64,000 nt of DNA. Source: Podarcis pityusensis. Taxonomy: Eukaryota. Positions 13,997-27,690 of this stretch are shown here, piece by piece. The position numbers were made by a program, and so were the translations under genes. The stretch's first letter is position 1. Each line of letters opens with the position of its first letter. A model generated the notes under the pieces. It did no database searches. It was not told the DNA's origin and saw nothing but the letters and a program-made list of their open reading frames with translations. Where the stretch lies: assembly GCA_964106645.2 (NCBI GenBank), contig OZ067038.1. The stretch is one strand, 5' to 3'.

Positions 13997-14677
13997 TAAA
14001 ACAATACAGCATTAAATATTAAAAACTTCCCTAAACAGGGCTGCCTTCAGGTGTCTTTTAAAAATAGGATAGCTGCTTATTTCCTTGACATCTGATGGGA
14101 GGGCATTCCACATGGCGGGCGCCACTACCAATAAGGCCCTCTGTCTGGTTCCCTGTAACCTCACTTCTCACACTGAGGGAACTGCCAGAAGGCCCTCGGC
14201 ACTGGATCTCAGTGTCCAGGCTGAACAATGGGGGTGGAGACGCTTCTTCGGGTATAGAGGACCGAGGCTGTTTAGGGCTTTAAAGGTCAGAACAACACTT
14301 TGAATTGTGCTCGGAAACATATTGGGAGCCAATGTAGATCTCTCAGGACCGGTTTTATATGGTCCCGGCGCCCACTCCCAGTCACCAGTCTAGCTACCAC
14401 ATTCTGGATTAATTGCAGTTTCTGGATCACCTTCAAAGGTAGCCCCACGTAGAGTGCATTGCAGTAGTTCAAGCAGGAGATAACTAGAGCATGCACCACT
14501 CTGGCGAGACAGTCCGTGGGGTAGGTAGGGTCTCAGCCTGTGTACCAAATGGAGCTGGTAAACAGCCACCCTGGACACAGAATTAACCTGCGCCTCCATG
14601 GACAGGTGTGAGTCCAAAATGACTCCCAGGTTGCGCACCTGGTCCTTCAGGGGCACAGTAACCCCATTCAGGACCAG
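13997..14677 (-). mobile_element. L2 LINE 3' fragment (RT C-terminal region) in intron 3
   Basis: Frameshifted VRNLGVILDSHLSMEAQV...VHALVISCLNYCNALYVGLP...LHWLPI, typical of L2 ORF2. Confidence 0.88.
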
Positions 14678-14717
14678 TGAGTTGTGCAATGTACATTTCA
14701 GTTAAGAGACTACTTAC

Positions 14718-14761
14718 AGCAAATCCAAATGATGAAGCACTGTACCTCATTACGGAGACAG
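14718..14761 (-). CDS. TMEM163: TMEM163 coding exon 3 (44 nt)
   Basis: tttcttttag|CT GTC TCC GTA ATG AGG TAC...TTT GCT|gtaagt; encodes (T)VSVMRYSASSFGFA. Confidence 0.96.
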
Positions 14762-17249
14762 CTAAAAGAAAAAGGGGGAAAATACTCTTTTGATCTTTTT
14801 GTTCACTGAAGTGAGGAAAAGTTGCAGTTTGAAGAGAAGGAAACAAATAAAATATCACAATATATTCATTAGCAATGGAAGAGACTCCACCAAGCTTCTG
14901 TAAATCAAAGGAGGAACAATCTGTCACTTAGGAGAGGCACATGAAAATCATTTTTAACATTTGAGGCTGAAACAGAAGCCAACTAAACATGCAGGTAACA
15001 CCACTTCTTTTCAAGAAGTAAGCAACTTCACAACAGAGCTTATTCAGAGCAAAGGTGCAACCCAAATAAGTTATCTGGAAATGCCACTGAGAAGTCTACA
15101 AATTCAGGTGCAAGCCAACACTCCCATTTCTTCTAGTTTCCCTCTCAAAATCAGATCTGAAATTAGATTAAAGTGGACCCAGCTACGCCAGCCTTATCAA
15201 AGAGACCCTAGAAATGGTTAGCTACCACCTCATTCTAACAGCTTACTTGAGAAAGGAAAGATTTGAAACTGAACAATAGGGACACACTTCCCCCCCAAAA
15301 CTACTTAATTTTTTAAAGGGGAAGGGGGACAATTGACAGCAGTCTGGTTGGATTTATCTATGAAGAACAAAAGTCTAAAGGTCAAGATCACTGGCTGGCC
15401 ATTCAGCTCAAAGGACTTGATCCATATTTTCAAGCTACAGGTACTGACTTCTCTAACCAATAGCCAAGAGGTTCAGGACACCTTAGATACAGAAACTGCA
15501 TACAGTACACTGCTCTGAAATAATTTATCCAATGAATGTTTTACAAACATGTCATTGTGAACTATGGAATAATCAGCATTAACAAATAATGGTTCAATAG
15601 CTATTAAAGCCAGGTATTATCCAAATTAGCTCAACTTACTGACACTGCAGAGACAATGATGTGGGAAAATACAGCATGTACATTTTGATGCCATCACTAC
15701 ACACAATGGTGCAGTTAGAGAGATTTCAGACTCATTATTTAAGGGTCTTACAGGGAGAGGCCTCTTTAGGTGGCAGTATTAACTTACTTCAAAATATACC
15801 CCAGCTCTGCTGCATTTAGGGAGCTTCCTGTTGTACCCTCACAGCACCACTGATTGCATCAAGTAGACTTTGATCATTTCCAAATTGTGTTGGCTTTGTT
15901 CCAAGTTTTCTTCCACCTACATTCTAGCAATCACACCTCCACTTTGTTGCATGCGGTTGATCACTTTACCATGGGATTTTTACAAGTGCTACTATCAGGA
16001 AGGAAGAAATTGTCTGGGAAATAATAATTTTAAAAACCTCTGAAGAATTGTTAAAGTCAACTTTATCATTGGCATTTCCACAGTGGGACTAACCCAAAGG
16101 GAACATTTAATTTTCAGCATTGCAACAAGAACAAGTCCTAATTACAACATTCCTGAGCAAAGTAGGAATAATGGGGGTTAATGGAATATTTATCATGCTT
16201 GCATCCCACCCATTCTTGACCGTAATAGGGACTATGCCAAAACACAACAAAAGCATTACACCAGTTCAGAACATCAGCCCTGTGCAACATCTTTAGTCTA
16301 TCTGCAAACCTCCAACAACAGGCACCAAAGCAGCCAAAGCTATTTTGGGCAAGTTTTATGTCCATTTCAACTCAAAGAAGAAAATGTGGTTTATGAGAAG
16401 GACTGCTCAGAAACCTGAAGAAAGCTGAACCATTTGTAAAGAGTCTCGTACAAACAAGCTGAACACTCAGTTTACTGATAAAAAGGAGCACTAGGGAGAA
16501 AGACTAGTGCTTGGGATTCTAGGCAAAGAAGTTTATTGAATAGTGAAGCTAATGGAGGACTTAACCTTTCACAAAGCCACAGAGATGGCGAGGCAATCCA
16601 AATTTATCAAAAACCCAGTTTTAGGGAGGGAAGACAGTTTTGCTCTACTCCCATAAAAACACGAGAAATAGCCATTTTGAAAAGGGCAAATTCACTCCTC
16701 GTGTCTCTGTGGAAACAGCACAAAAGCCAGTCCAGAAAAATTAGCACAGCAATTTTAAAAGCACTCTACAGCACAGCAAAAGGACCACCCTTTCAGATCG
16801 CATATGCAAGGGATGGAAAAGTTCACAACATTGGAGGGTTAGTTCAAATAGAGGAACACAGCACCACCACTGTTCAGAAACAGAGCATTTTGCTTGTGTG
16901 CTACAAAAAGTGACCACAGCAATGGATGGCAAATATGGTAAAGGCACTGGTTCTCCCAACAATGACTCATTTTAAAATAGAATAAGGAAACAGTAACTCA
17001 AGTTTGTTCAAGGGACAACTGCACATGGTGACTTTTGCATTTTCCGCAGGTAGGCAGTTTCTCATGAGTAGCTCAAGCCAGGTAGTATAAGGCAGTAGCC
17101 ACTGCATATAGTCCAGGGAATGCCCTCTTTTGGATGCTTTGCAACAGAAGCTTTAGAAAGAAACAGTTAGTGTTAACTGTGTATGCAGTATGAAGCTGCT
17201 AAGCAGGATAATCATTTAGTTTCCAGGTTCAGTTTAAACTGCTGGTTTG

Positions 17250-17500
17250 GGCCTATAGAGCTTTATGAAGCTCAGGACCCCAACACCTCAGGGAAAATCT
17301 TTGTCCATATAAACCTACCTGGATCCTGCATTCATTAGAGACCCTTCTCAGAGTGCCCCCTCCAAGGGATGTGCAGAAGGTCACATTGCGAGAAACACGA
17401 CGTGTGGAATGCTCTCCCTAGGGAAGCACACCTGGTACTATCACTGCTGGCTTTAAGATGCCAGGCTAAGGCATTTTAGTTTATCCAGCCTTTGGGTTGA
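17250..17500 (+). mobile_element. L2 3' region remnant
   Basis: TGTGGAATGCTCTCCCTAGGGAAG...GCCAGGCTAAG...CAGCCTTT resembles squamate L2 3' ends. Confidence 0.5.
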
Positions 17501-20500
17501 TTTAATTGGGATCATACTATAATAAGATCTTTGGCCTGTTTGCTACCTTTTAGTTCAGTAGAGTAGGTTTTGTCCTTTTTAAAATATTGCTGGAAGAGCA
17601 CTTTACAGAGTCTATCACACATCTCATGATATCACAAGGAATTGCCTAAAGAACTGCAGGAACTGCAGCAGGAATTGCCTAAAGGCAAAACACATGACTG
17701 TGACGATCATGCCATTTCATCATGCGCCTACCCTATTACATATAAGGTGGTGAGGTGGAGACTAATTTTCATATCAAAAGTACAGCTTTGTGGTATCAGG
17801 ATATCTGTGATAGGATTTCCCTGTGTTTTTAAAAGGGCAAATGACTGTGCAGGGGGATTACAATTTGAATCAGGGAGATCTGATCTGATGTTGCAACTGG
17901 GCTACACTCCCTCACCCCTAGACTCAATACACCTTTTTCAAAAAGAATTGTCTCTTCATAGACAGAATAATGAAACAACCAGAAACTAAAAATAGAGGCA
18001 GAATAGAGAAACAACTCCATCGCTGTCTTTAATTAAGGAAGCTGTACAGAATGTATTTAAAAGGATGAGCCAGATTTGGTTCAATTTTTTTTAAAGTTAT
18101 CCCACAGCTGACTAGTCAACACTCTAGTAGGATAGTAATGTCCTATCACATGTTTTGTATTACTAGAAACTGGCTACATTCTGATGCAACATTAAGACCT
18201 TGGTTGAAAATAAGCTATAGTTTAACGCATTCAAGAGATTTGCTCTTCCCAACTCCCAACACGACCATGGAGGAGAAGAAACAACCCCAAAACAAGCCAC
18301 CGTCTGGCTTGTCATGATGTGTGAACCTGGTTTGTGGTTTGGTTCCTCCAAACAAACCACAAGCATAAACATTGGCTTACAACTCGCAGTTTGTCTGGAG
18401 GAAACAAACCATAAGATTCTGACTTGTGTCTTGTTCTATGTAGCACAGTTAGGGGCAGGGAAGGAACTATGGTTTACCATCCTGTGCAAACCAGGCCACA
18501 AGTTAAAGGAGGAGATTCACCACTGCTGCTGAAAACCAGAATTCCTCAGCGCTGTAATGTCTAGTCACAGCCTGCGGAAAAACCTAAACATGTGATCCAA
18601 ATGTCCAGTGAGACACAGTAAGTCACAGTAAGACCATACATTCTGCAAGCTAAACACAAAATGCCTTGGAATACAGAGAGTGTCTACTAAAACCCACTTC
18701 AAAATCAAAGTCTGGTTTCACCTGCAGTTGTCAGAGGTTAAGGATAATTTATTTATACTACCTATCAATCTACAAAACAGACAAGTTGCTCCATTCCCAA
18801 GACATGCCTAAAAATGTATTCATCCAGCCATTTATCAGAGGGATCAGCATTGCAATACTGAGGTCATGGGGAAAGAAAATAGGTTTAAAAATATATAACA
18901 GAGTAGTTGCTTAATTGTTTATATAAAAACTGCTGCTGTTGTTTTTTTCAAAGCTAGATTGACATACTTTTTATAGCCAACACAGTTTTTATAAATATTT
19001 AAAAGGTCCACTTCAGATTTGTGATGCAAGCAGAGCACTTTAAAGAAATGAATTGATTTTTCTCATGGCTCCATTATCATTCAATACTATTTACAAGCAT
19101 TTCTTTTTCATGTTCTGCGGTATTATATAAATTTAAACCCAGGACTGTGTGTGTTCCCTGCTCCATATGGAATATGTGCTTGGCTATAATTTGACAGCCT
19201 TAAAAATCTCATTTTTTGTAAGTGCAGCAGTCTGTTATCTTGTTTACCTATAAAGAATGGAATGCAGATATTGCATAGTTAAACAGTCTCAGTTATTTCA
19301 GAACCTCTTCCCTCCCCCTTTTCAGAAGAAAATAGAAATAAAGATTTGTAGTGTACTATTTCCTAGGTGAGAACCATTAAATATTGCTTCCACATGAGAG
19401 TGCCCCACACACTGGTTGTAACATAAAAACTTCTTTTCACGTGGTTCAAACACATTGTGTGCAGATTCTCTAACCCAGTACTAGAGAAAATAAGGCTCTG
19501 CAGAAAGTGACTTTCAAGCAGAATAATTTATGCACAATGGCTCTTGAGCAGCCTTCATAATGGAGCCTACTGAAATAAGCAAACCCTAAAAGTGAGTTGA
19601 CAGATGGTAACAAAAAACATCACAACACAAAACGAACACCAACAACACCTGATTCTTTCAGTCAGGCCACATCACATTGTCTCTGGCACAATGTCTACAA
19701 CAAGAAGGTGGTACGAAACTGAGAATTCAGTTCTAAAACTTGTGCCCAGCGTATGGCCAGATTAAATTTGCCATTGACCTTTCCCTCATGAAGATATAAA
19801 TGGCAAAGGCTCAGAATAAAGAAATGCTATGAAACCGAGATGCACTGACCATATTACAGTAGTTTCAGCACCAGACAGGTCTCTCCTGCTTCCCCATTAG
19901 TTTAATTGAGTGCAATCTAGTCCCTTTATACTTTCCTGTATTTTAGCCTCAGCACATTCCTTCAAACAAAAACCACCATTTATGAAAGTCTATGTTTTCA
20001 AATTAGAGTCTCTACCCAGTAATTTAAAATAAATAAAATTCAGCATAAAAAAACAAAACAAATGGATTTCTATTCTGCTTCTCTTCTTGGAAAAGTCCAA
20101 GTCATCTACAAAACAAAACAGACCAAAATAAATCCCCTACATTTTTAAAAGAAAAGGACAAAACTTTAAAACACAGAACTAAGTCAAGGTGCCAGATCAT
20201 CAATAACGCTGGACATACAATATGTCAAGCAAATGGAATGCCTTCCAGAATTTAAAAGAAGTATGGAAGAGATAAAATTATAGCAATGAGGAAACCAGAT
20301 GGATGTCTGAGGGCAGAGACCACATCCCAGCCAAATGTACCTTAGACAGAAGACATGCACAGGAAAGGGAAGGGTAATATGGGTCACTTTGAGAGTGCCG
20401 GAATGACATATTTTAAACAAGAAGTTAGTTCCTGTTCTTATGAGAAAACAGCAAGTTTCCCTCATAAAAAGACACAGGTCTGACAAGCTCATGCAAATAC

Positions 20501-21256
20501 TTCCCCAGCCAACCCCAACTTGCCTTTATCAGTCAGTAGCAAGCAAACACGTGACACTTCTCTTAGACACAAGCATGGGCCAATGTTCTTGAGGTGCAAT
20601 TGACTCAAAGCAAGTACAAAAAACCTGGTACCATCGACATCTTAGACAGAAGCCCCTTTTTATCTGCCAAGTAGGCCTGGATGAAATTTTATCAAAGTAA
20701 TTTAAAAAAACACATCACAACAAATGCACTGCTTCATCAGAGTTGGATAGCCTAAACTGTAGCAAGCCATTCTTGACCCATAACTATTCTATTGGATGGG
20801 ACACCATTGATTCAATGGTAGTCAAAAAGAACCTGGCTTTTTCAGAAAACACACACAGCTAGCATACATCATAGAGTGTGACAGACATCTACATTTCTAT
20901 ACAAAGCATTTTAATCATAAATTTTCCCTTAACAAATATGCTTTTATTTGTATCCTTGAGTCTACCACCTCATTGCCTAAAAATGGGCTTTCTAACATGT
21001 CCTATCTAGTTCAGCACAATTTTTCTTGCAAATTTCATCCTGCTCTGCAGTAAACCAAGGTGCTTGATTTAAAAGTCAATAGTGAAGGCCAGCTTCCTAT
21101 TCTGGCAGAGAGAATCACCATCAGTCAAATAATTCCCCAAGAGAATTCTGGGAAATTGACCAGATACACAAGTTGGAGATTGACAAACCTGCAGGGTCGT
21201 ATTACAAAGGAAGTGATGATTCAGTACAATGTATCATTTTGTATTTAAACTGTTAG

Positions 21257-21398
21257 GCAGCTGGGATAGCTCAGTCAACAGAGAATGAGACTCTCAGGAT
21301 CGTGGATTTGAGTCTCATGTTGGGTAGAAGATTCTTGCATTGGAGGGGGTTGGACTAGATGACCCTGGTGTTCCTTCCAACAATCCTATGATTCTATG
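21257..21398 (+). mobile_element. tRNA-Lys-derived SINE with CR1-type tail (Squam3-like)
   Basis: TAGCTCAGTC..AGAG.ATGAGACTCT head; GGGGGTTGGACTAGATGACC...CCTTCCAAC...ATGATTCTATG tail. Confidence 0.75.
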
Positions 21399-22224
21399 TT
21401 GCACAATGAAATAACCAATATCATGCTTACAACAAGGTTGTATCTTGCAGGAATGAAGTACAAGCTAAATAAATATACAGCTAAATGCATGAAATATGCA
21501 CTTTGGTACCAAGGACAGCAACACTGGCACAAGCAAATAAACAATAGCAGCAGTACGCTAACCTAGAAGAAAATTAATTTCAGAGAATCTCCTTGACCTT
21601 TCAGCTGCATGTCAATCCTCACTGCATTGTGAAGCTGTGAATAAGTAAATGTTTCATGTCCATCTCTCTAGCACAGCAGGTCTCATCACCACATAAAAGC
21701 TTTGTCAATAAAACACATACATATCTGGCAAGGCATAGAGCCAGGCATACTTCCAAATTTCTATGCAAAATATCTTAATTACACTGTCTCTTAATATAGT
21801 GTCGTTTATATCCTGTGATCAGCAGCATGTGCCCTTCGGACCAGATTAATCAAATCCCTCTGTTCTGGGCTGTTTCACAGGGTTTCACTCTCCTTAGAAC
21901 AGATTTTATTTATTCATTGATTTTCATCACACTTCCTCTTAATGACAGAGGTGGCATACAAATTTTAACAAAAGTAAAAAAAGCCATGATGTGTCATAAC
22001 AAATATGCACTGCAGCAGATCAAACAGGCACAGTTAATTACTATTCAACCCCAAAACTAATTTAAATAAAAGGCCTTACACTTCTCTAAAAGTGAAGGAT
22101 CATGTCCACTGGCACATATTTACAGATGCTTCCTCAGGGCTGGAACTGATAAAACCCTATTCCTGGGATAGCTGGATTTCACAGTCCTATAATGGAGACA
22201 GTCAGTCAGGTCATTTACCCATTG

Positions 22225-22451
22225 CAGTGACTAAAGGAGAAATTACCTCTGGGAGGAGTGCAGAGACAAGAAGTGCCATGGCGCACCTGTAGCAGCAAAA
22301 ACCAGACTCCTTCATCTGCCACAGCTGCAAAACCTGTCTCTCCTGTATTGGTCTCTACAGCCACAGCAGGTGCTGTAACTCTCCAAAGGTTTGACTTCAC
22401 CCATAAAGGCACACTCTTCCATTGTCTCCCAAAACAAACAGATGCCAACAA
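22225..22451 (+). mobile_element. RTE-clade LINE 3' end
   Basis: Frameshifted C2H2-like tail FICHSC..TCLSCIGLYSHSRCC, then a short 3' UTR ending GATGCCAACAA. Confidence 0.7.
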
Positions 22452-24989
22452 TTAACATGTCCGTGTAATCTGGTGCAGGTAACATCGGCTAACTATGCCT
22501 GACTACTGCAGTTTACATGCCTGACCACAAAATGCTATTTAGCCATCTAATCACTATGTTTAAAGTAGGCAGGCAATCATAAATCAGCCTTCATTTATTT
22601 GGTTCAATTGGATTAATGAGCTTCTTAGCCTGTAATCCATACCACGCAGTGTTAAATTAAACTGAGGTGGGAGTAAGATCTGCCAGATTGGGTTTGGGTG
22701 GTTTTTTTAATTTAAAAAACACACCAAAAGCTTTTACCACACTGGGAAAACCAATTAGCATTAATAATTCATTAATTCATTAGCACACTTCATGGATTAT
22801 GTGCAGCTAAATTTTAGTTGAATATTCAAATTAGGGCTAGCCAAAGCCCTAAGATTCAGATATTAGTATTTATGAATGCATAAAGGAAATGATAGATTGA
22901 ACTTGTAGTAGTCTTATATAACTGAGTAATTCTAAATGCATATGTTTTGATGGGATATTTTATTGGTTTTTCTTTTTTAAATAAGTTATCACAACAGAAT
23001 TTTTTACAATTTTTCAAACTGAAATGTTAAAACCAAACATTGAAATAGTACCCACAGCTCATATCACAATATAGAAACCTGCATAATTAAATTCTATCAT
23101 GCAATCAGGGCTACACATGGTTTTAAGAAACATCCAGCCTCCCATTAAACATGCAAATCCTGTTTTGAAATTTGTAGAAATTTTAAAGCACTTTGCAATA
23201 TGGCAATACAGAGTAGAGGGAGGTTACCATTCCAAGAAAAAGATCAAACAAAAAGTCATAATGGGCATGTGTTGGTAGTTAGACATGTTCCTAAAATGAG
23301 TCTGAAGTGCACATCTGTATGTATACATATCTGGTGGTATTCAACTACATTTTATTCAGAGTAAACCTACTGAAATTAACAGCTCTAACTTAGGCTGTGT
23401 ACATACACCCTATTTAAATTTGCATCCAGTGTACTCCCATCTCTATTTTGTGAAGCCATGCACACACAACATTAGCCATAATCCACATTTATCCTGCAGC
23501 TTGATAAATATTGTGTTTTCCTGAGTTTTTCCCAAACCAGCTTCAGTTTGATTTGAAAATGGGATGCTTTCCTGAGCAAATTGCAGGTTCCAAAGGTCTT
23601 CTCCAGATCAGCACCAGAGTGGGGCAAAGGGGGCTAAATACCCCCTTCCCACAAGACAGGCAGCAGGATCAAGTCCTTTTTCTGTTAGAAGTCATGTATG
23701 TTAAGGCAGAGATATTTTATGTATCCTCTAGCTTGGCCATCATCTTCTCTCTCCCCTCTACTCCTTTCTAAACAGTCCTGAACATGTGAAACGTTAATTG
23801 AATTACTGGTGAACAATTTAGTCGGTATAGCAATGCATTAAAAGCTACAACAAACATGTTGTCTTATTCAGCCCAATATCTCTTTCTTTGAGGAGTTAAC
23901 AACCTTCAGGTCATTTTGTGCTTGGTGAGCAGATGTAGAGTTGCTATATGAACTGTGGGTGCATCGTTAATTTAGTCTAAATACATGCAGAAACAGCAAA
24001 GATGAATGCTGGATTTATATTGAAATCTACACTAAAAATAAGTTCTAGTATCAGCTTTTTATGTTTATTTTAGCCACAATCATTTGCTGAGCAGGTAAAG
24101 GAGTAATGAAAGGACGCAACAAATATAAAACATTTTTCTCTCACATACAGTTATTTGCTTCATGCTAAATATTTGTTCTCTAAATATTTTAATCACTTCT
24201 AGAATAAATAAAACATGATGACTGACTGAGCCAGGATACCTTGGTTATTATAATTACTCCTCTTTTGTATCATTCTATTCATATGAAATAACCTGGGTTT
24301 TAATTAGTTAGAAATAAACTCTGCTTCAGATATGACAAGCTGCAAAGCCCAATTAAATAGACTGACAGTATGTTGGCATGACACTACAAGACTTTCATTG
24401 TTTACAATGCATCTTAAGCCCAAAGAACTGTGATATGATACAGAAATGCAATATTCTTGACAATATTTATTTTTGCATTCTGTGGCGAGAGGGGCTCCAG
24501 TTTTGATCAGAACAGCATGCTAGTGAGATGGAGTTTAACCTTTTCCCCCTGCACTATTTTTCTGGTCTAAATCTCCTCTGCACCTGAAGCTGTGATTAGC
24601 CCTACTGGGAAACAGTGCAGAAAACAGGTACCAGCATTTTCCCCAGAGGGGCTAATGATGACTTCAGGGCAGGAGATGTTCAGTCAGGAAAAGAACACTG
24701 GAGCCACTGCTACAGCAATCAATCACTGAGGCCACTAGTGCCTGGATTACCATGGCCAAGTTATCTCTGTCCAGGAATGGTTGTAGCTATAAGCCAGAGC
24801 TGGTGAAAGGCCTCCCTAGGCACTGAGATCACCTGGGCCTCTAGAGAAAAAGATGAATCCTGGTGCATTTCCAGTCTATGCACCTACTTCTATAGACAAG
24901 TGCAACCACATTCAGAATGCATAACTGACCTCTCCAGTCTAAGGCTTGCAAAAATATACCCGACTCACATGCAGTGGAGAAATAGATAC

Positions 24990-25495
24990 TGGTAGCATCT
25001 CACTCCAAATCCCCTAATGACCACTCTCAATGCTAAACAGCTTTGGTGGCAATATAGTTACTTGTGGCACCCCATGACAAAATTGTCAGAGAGCCGAATA
25101 GCATCCCTCAACACTAGTTTGCAAAATAACTCCGCTGGAGTATAGCACCCCTGATGCCCATCCTGTGGAGTTAGTCTGGATACCATGTTGATGGTGTCAA
25201 AAGCCACAGAGAGATCAAACAAGAGGAAGCAGGGTCACACGTACCCTCTCTCTTTCAATAAAGGTCATCCACCAGAGCAAAGGACAGTTCAGTCCACAAA
25301 CCCAGACTGAAAAAGGTCTAGATCAGGCATTCCCAACCTTCGGCCCTCCAGATGTTTTGGATTACAATTCCCATCATCCCTGACCACTGGTTGTGTTAGC
25401 TAGGGATCATGGGAGTTGTAGGCCAAAACATCTGGAGGGCCACAGGTTGGGGATGCCTGGTCTAGATAAAATCAGTGTCTTCCAGGAATGCCTGT
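24990..25495 (-). mobile_element. Degenerate L2 RT-domain fragment, interrupted by a MITE
   Basis: Remnants of YLDxFQSGF and LLxDLSxAFDTIxHG motifs on the minus strand. Confidence 0.7.
25324..25459. mobile_element. Palindromic hAT MITE (136 bp)
   Basis: CAGGCATTCCCAACC...GGTTGGGGATGCCTG; TSD GTCTAGAT at 25316-25323 and 25460-25467. Confidence 0.92.
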
Positions 25496-25653
25496 TAATA
25501 TGGGCAAAGACCTAAGACTGGAAGCTTCAGGAGCCGCACAATGCCCAATATGCGCTCAAAGTGTTGAATTATTCCTACTTTTAGAACAGCGAATGTACCT
25601 TGATATCTCTCATCCTATTTCCTGCTCCATTTTAGGCAGACCTATGTGTGCTC

Positions 25654-25759
25654 CATGAGTTTGACCAAAGTGCGGGAGGCAGTGGAAGACAGGAGTGCCT
25701 GGTGTGCTCTGGTCCATGAGGTCACGAAGAGTTAAGCATGACTAAACGACAACAACAAC
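25654..25759 (+). mobile_element. BovB LINE 3' terminal fragment
   Basis: GGAAGACAGGAGTGCCTGGTGTGCTCTGGTCCATGAGGTCACGAAGAG...GACTAAACGAC(AAC)n tail. Confidence 0.8.
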
Positions 25760-27049
25760 GTGTACTACTACTGAACACCAACATTCAACATATAGAAATG
25801 CTGAGTTCTGCAAACTGCATATGCATATTTGTGATACTTTGCATAATTTATTCTGCTTCTACCAAGAAATTAAGAAGGCAGGAGCCACACATGGCACAAG
25901 AGCCAACACCCACAACCACTGTGTTTCCATCTTTCTTCAAGTACATAAAACCCAGGTCAGCATTTTCAAATTAGCGTAACCCCTTTTCCCTTTTTCTTTC
26001 TTAAATGAAATAAATAAATAAAGAAGGAAATAATAATATCAAGTTTCACAGGAATCTGACTTTTTAATCAATTTCTACATTCACTTTGCAGAATCACAAC
26101 ACATATAGCTTGGGTATGCTTATGTTGGCAGAGAAGGCAGGCTAATTCTTACATTTCTGTAAACTACCAACAAGGCGCCATCCCTTGCTTCAAACAGGTC
26201 ACATTATAGTCCTTTGTTTTTGTGTGTGTTATTTTTTAAAAAGGGTAATAACTACCCCCACAGTGCATTGCTCCACCTTTTCCATCCTTGCTGAAAGAAC
26301 AGCAGTTGTTAATGCCAACTATATGGTTGGCTTTTCAAATTGTTTGCAAACTTTTGCATAAAGGAAAATTGCACAGTTGGCAGCTTAATGGATGTTTACT
26401 ACAGTTCTAAATACAACTTGAGAAATTATGCATATCAAATGTGTTTGTAATTGCATGATTTATTGTGGACTTCATGTAAATATTCATGTAAATTGACTTC
26501 AGTCAATAGCCAGTTACTGCCATTAAAAACGTATTCAAGACTGCATGCTCAAGTCAGCACACACTCACCCTTCACTTTGTTATTAAGCAAGGAGAATGTT
26601 ACCAGAATTGTTTGTGTTCTTAAAACACATTTATACAAGCTGTTATCAGGCAGTTCCTGTAAGCTTACAGCAACATGCTTTACTCAATAATATATATTTC
26701 AACCAACCTGATTTGCCTAGGACAGACTACCTCAACATCACAAATGATGGAACCAGCCGAGGGCATAAGAGATTTAAAAAGACTATAGAAGACTTGGAAA
26801 ATTTAAGGTGGCTTTGAAATGATCTCTTCACTCCCACTGGATTTATTTTTATTTGACAACATTTATTAACTTCTTAATAGGCAAAGTTTACAATTGGTTT
26901 GCATAAAAACAATATAAAATGGTCATTAAAATACAAATCAAACTTTAAGCAACCTTAAAAAAACCAAGTTGACAAAATAAAATTTATCAATGTACAAACG
27001 TCAAAATAGCACATCGGGGTAGACTTGCCTAAACAATTTCTTGTTTTTG

Positions 27050-27690
27050 CAAGCCTTTAAAAATGTACAGTAAAGGCACCTGCTTAATATTAATCTGCAG
27101 GGAGCTCCAGACAACAGGTGCTGCCACACTGAAGGATCAATTACTTACAAAAGAATAATAGAATTGGAAGGGACCCCAATGGTAATCTAGTCCAACCCCC
27201 TGCAATGCAGGAAACTCAACATTATACGGCATTTGCAAAAGTGCCAGTTACACAGGTTGAAGCTGTTGAGTGGATGAGCAAGGTAAACTGGTCCCAAGCT
27301 GTTACGGGTGTTACTAATAGTAGCACCTTGAATTTGGCCCAGGGCCATGGGTGTTCTATGCTGACAGAATCTCATTCCCACTGATCATGCTGCAGCATTC
27401 TGCTCTAACTGCAGTTTTCAGACAAAGTGCACTGCATACAGACTGCACTGCAGTGATCCAATTTTTAAAGACTCTAAAGCCTGGTCTACTGTGGTCAAGC
27501 TTTCACGGTCTAAGAACGGCCATAGATATTGTTCCAGCAGAAGCAGATAAAAGGCATTCCTAGCCACTGAGACCTCATGGGCCTCCAGTGACAAAGTTGG
27601 ATCCAGAAGGATCCCCAAAGTGTGATACCTGCTCCCTCAGGGACAATCAATTGGCCAATTTCTTAGACATGGGAACCACTCACCTACAGG
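27050..27690 (-). mobile_element. Degenerate L2 fragment with an inserted CR1-tail SINE piece (~27150-27213)
   Basis: GILLDPTLSLEAHEVSVARNAFY is L2-like; GGAAGGGACCCC...CTAGTCCAACCCCCTGCAATGCAGGAA is the reverse of a CR1-type tail. Confidence 0.7.

Noticed and set aside
19864-19880. REST/RE1-like TTCAGCACC-AGACAG
   Set aside because: Lacks the 2-nt spacer and the GGACAG half-site; consistent with chance.
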